A DNA stretch of 64,000 nucleotides, taken from contig DATKVB010000011.1 in the NCBI GenBank assembly GCA_035530295.1, positions 65,169-129,168 on the forward strand, written 5' to 3'. The translations under genes were made by a program, and so were the position numbers. The stretch comes from a bacterium. Lineage in GTDB: Bacteria; Spirochaetota; Spirochaetia; Treponematales; UBA12059. Numbering within the stretch: the stretch's first letter is position 1; each line of letters starts with the position of its first letter. The notes below the pieces were generated by a model. That model saw only the letters and a list, made by a program, of their open reading frames with translations. It was not told where the DNA came from and did not search any database. Below, piece after piece: positions 61,721 through 64,000 of this stretch.

Positions 61721-64000
61721 TCATTCCGGCAACATCACATAGACGTGTTCCTTGTCTGGAATCAGCAATTCCGCCGCCAGTGGCGCCAGCACAGCGGGGT
61801 CGGCAAATGTCACAGACCGCTTGGCCCTTCCTATGATCTCGAGATCCAGCCCGTTTGAAATGGCATTGCCCAGCTTGTTCACCCAGAAATCGTTGGTTCT
61901 GAGTCTGCCGTCATAGTCCCGCTGGGAGGCAGCCCTGACCTGGTCGATGTACATCGCATCAAGTGTCCCTCCCGCGATGGCGGCCACCTCCGCATTGACC
62001 TTGGCGACCAGTTCGTCTGCTCGCTTGGGGTCGGTATCAAACTGCACGATTAGTGAATATTGCTCGATGGGGCTCTTTGAGAACGCGGCCTTGGTCGAGA
62101 CTACATAGGTTCCGCCTAAATCTTCGCGCAGGGAATCGAGCAACCGGTTGTTGAGCGCCTGAGCCAGGAGGCTCAATGAGGCTTCTCGCTGCCAGGACCA
62201 AGGCGCCGCGCCGGCCCATACCATTCGCACGCTGGCCCGCGGTTCCTTTGCCAGGGTGTAGTCAACACGGGTGCCTCCGGCCCTGGGCATGAGAGGATCA
62301 ATCCACGCAGGCTCGGCCTTGGTTCCAGCCGGAATGGCGCCCAGATGCTTGGCGACAAGCGCCTTGGTCGCTTCGATGTCGAAATCTCCTACGAGTATGT
62401 AGGTAAAACCAGAGGCTCTGGCCAAGGCGGACAGTACCAGAGATCGCGTCGTTTCGAAATCGATAGCCCTGGCCTTGCCCGCGTCAAGAGGCTGAGCGCG
62501 CGGATTGTCGGCAAACAGGTCGGCGCTCCATGATGATTCGAATTTGTACGAGGGGTCACGCACATAGGGTCCGATTTGATCGGCCAGATGGTCGCGGGAC
62601 GCGTTGAAGGCTCCAATATCACGACCCGGCTCCGCCGCGGTCAGATACACCAGCCTGAGGAACGACTCCAGATCGGTTCTGGTCGTCTTGCCCGCCATTA
62701 CATCGCCATCCTCGCCTATGGTCCACTGCAGGCCCGCATTGAGCGATGCAGTCAGTTCTTCGATACGGGTCGCGCTCATCGAGCCAAGCCCCGCCGAGGA
62801 CATCAGGTCCGGTGCAAACACAGCGGTTGTCTGCAATGCCGGGGGCAAGGCCGTGTACCCACCCGGTGACCACGCAAGGAAGCTTATGGAGCCTCGGTCA
62901 TAGCTGGTGGGCTTGAGCAAAACGGTAGCCCCGTTTGACAGGGTCAGCTCGGTGACCGAGTTCGACAGGTGCTTCTCCGCGACGATGGAACCTGGCTCGG
63001 GCAGTGCATCGAACAGGCCGCCCTCATCGCCCGAGGCGGCTGGCGGTGCCAGTTGAGCCGTACGTGCAGCGCGCAGCACCGCCTCGAACGCGGCTTCGGT
63101 CAAAGCGCCGTTGCCAGGGCCTGTCTTTGCCCGTACAGCGACGAATCCCTCATCATCGGCAAGAATAGTGCGGGCGGCTTCATTGAGCGCGTCGATGGTC
63201 AGGGCATCAAGGACATCCTTGATATAGACCCGCTCGTTGACGACTCCAGGCACCGGCTCGCCGTACATAAAGTTGCGGACATACTCTTCAGCAAAGCTGC
63301 TGCTCTTCAGGTCCTGGTCTTCCACATCGAGCGTACCGAGCCAGCGGCGGTACGTGTCAACGGTTCTCCTGAATTCGCTGTCAGTAAATCCATGCCGGCG
63401 GATGCGTTCAACCTCGGACGCCAGTCCGCCGAACGCCGCCAACTCCTGCCCATCGGCCGCCGAAAGAGTAAATGAATACAGCCGCGTGCGGCCGTAGAAG
63501 TAATCATCGTCAAAGTACGCGTCTCTCCACGGGGCCTTCCCCGACCTTGTCAGATCCGACAAGCGAAGCCTGATGGCCTCGGCGGCGATTCGTCCTTTGA
63601 GCAACCGGGCATAATCACCGATGACTGTCTCCGGTATGTAGGGGACAATCTTACGATACGTGATGATCGACCGTTCGAAGTTGTCGTCAAACGAAGCGAC
63701 AAATCCCATATCGGTCGTCGGCTTGACAGGGAAGGTCGTTCGGGGCCGCACGACACCATCACTCGCCGGAAACGAGAATTCCCGCTCGATCCTCGCGGCT
63801 ACGGATTCTACATTGATATCGCCGACGACTATGACGGCCATGCGGTCCGGCCGGTAGTGTTCCTGGTAGAAGGACTTGAGTCTCTCGGCCGTGGCATCCT
63901 GGATCGAAGCTTCATAACCGATAGGCTCGCGATCGGCATGCGCGGTACCGGCCAGTAGCCCCTGTATTTCACGGACTCGTGCCGTCTCATCGGGCCCGAG
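61721..64000 (-). CDS. M16-family (insulinase-like) zinc peptidase, C-terminal about 760 aa; N-terminus outside window
   Basis: I translated 63842-63961 on the minus strand and found no stop. It reads '...FYQEHYRPDRMAVIVVGDI', a typical M16 motif. I did not check 63962-64000, but an M16 N-terminal domain must lie upstream of this motif. Confidence 0.8.
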   Translation of the reverse strand, partial: LGPDETARVREIQGLLAGTAHADREPIGYEASIQDATAERLKSFYQEHYRPDRMAVIVVGDINVESVAARIEREFSFPASDGVVRPRTTFPVKPTTDMGFVASFDDNFERSIITYRKIVPYIPETVIGDYARLLKGRIAAEAIRLRLSDLTRSGKAPWRDAYFDDDYFYGRTRLYSFTLSAADGQELAAFGGLASEVERIRRHGFTDSEFRRTVDTYRRWLGTLDVEDQDLKSSSFAEEYVRNFMYGEPVPGVVNERVYIKDVLDALTIDALNEAARTILADDEGFVAVRAKTGPGNGALTEAAFEAVLRAARTAQLAPPAASGDEGGLFDALPEPGSIVAEKHLSNSVTELTLSNGATVLLKPTSYDRGSISFLAWSPGGYTALPPALQTTAVFAPDLMSSAGLGSMSATRIEELTASLNAGLQWTIGEDGDVMAGKTTRTDLESFLRLVYLTAAEPGRDIGAFNASRDHLADQIGPYVRDPSYKFESSWSADLFADNPRAQPLDAGKARAIDFETTRSLVLSALARASGFTYILVGDFDIEATKALVAKHLGAIPAGTKAEPAWIDPLMPRAGGTRVDYTLAKEPRASVRMVWAGAAPWSWQREASLSLLAQALNNRLLDSLREDLGGTYVVSTKAAFSKSPIEQYSLIVQFDTDPKRADELVAKVNAEVAAIAGGTLDAMYIDQVRAASQRDYDGRLRTNDFWVNKLGNAISNGLDLEIIGRAKRSVTFADPAVLAPLAAELLIPDKEHVYVMLPE

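Noticed and set aside
1-64000. Search for tRNA, rRNA, tmRNA, RNase P, prophage, integrase or transposase genes
   Set aside because: Apart from the MITE-like element, all intergenic gaps are short, from overlapping genes up to about 215 nt. I read them by eye and none showed cloverleaf-type or other conserved RNA signatures. No ORF shows recombinase or transposase motifs. A tRNAscan or Infernal run would be needed for certainty.

Overview
The window is a visibly GC-rich (not computed), densely packed chromosomal segment with about 52 protein genes on both strands. I found no rRNA, tRNA, CRISPR array, integrase or transposase gene. The gene content fits an anaerobic, diderm, probably spirochaete-like bacterium. 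This is inferred from many 'xxSC' lipoboxes, a MinD/ParA plus DUF342 pair, a group-III PFK, an HydABC-type [FeFe]-hydrogenase operon and TolC. Main blocks in order:
- 1-5.9 kb: Prs fragment, HAD hydrolase, Na/Pi symporter, and a BFN nuclease operon.
- 6-10.5 kb: small membrane protein, MinD/ParA ATPase and a 980-aa FapA/DUF342 protein.
- 10.6-18.5 kb: lgt, then a MarR-TolC-ABC-ABC-HlyD efflux cluster.
- 18.5-18.8 kb: a 328-bp MITE-like element between convergent genes.
- 18.8-23.5 kb: pfk, nadE and capA.
- 23.6-29.2 kb: four consecutive lipoprotein genes.
- 29.2-36 kb: a membrane class III cyclase and a five-gene hydrogenase operon.
- 36.4-41.2 kb: uvrC-vanZ-ykgJ-rsm22-mobB on the minus strand.
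- 41.3-47.5 kb: LamG/FN3, TPR(PQ-repeat), HDOD and MBL genes.
- 48.5-52.1 kb: ccdA/tlpA, a clpP paralog and an EEP lipoprotein.
- 52.2-56.7 kb: an XPB helicase, its partner protein and a NYN/LOTUS protein, all with overlapping reading frames.
- 56.7-64 kb: an operon of a Cys-rich protein, an HD protein and a large uncharacterised protein; then DUF554, a REC-PAS regulator and a partial M16 peptidase.
The best candidates for something new are the XPB-partner-NYN module, the MITE-like element with its hairpin module repeated at 60.2 kb, the lipoprotein cluster, and a terminator/antiterminator-like structure after clpP. All functional calls rest on motif recognition by eye; no database search was run.
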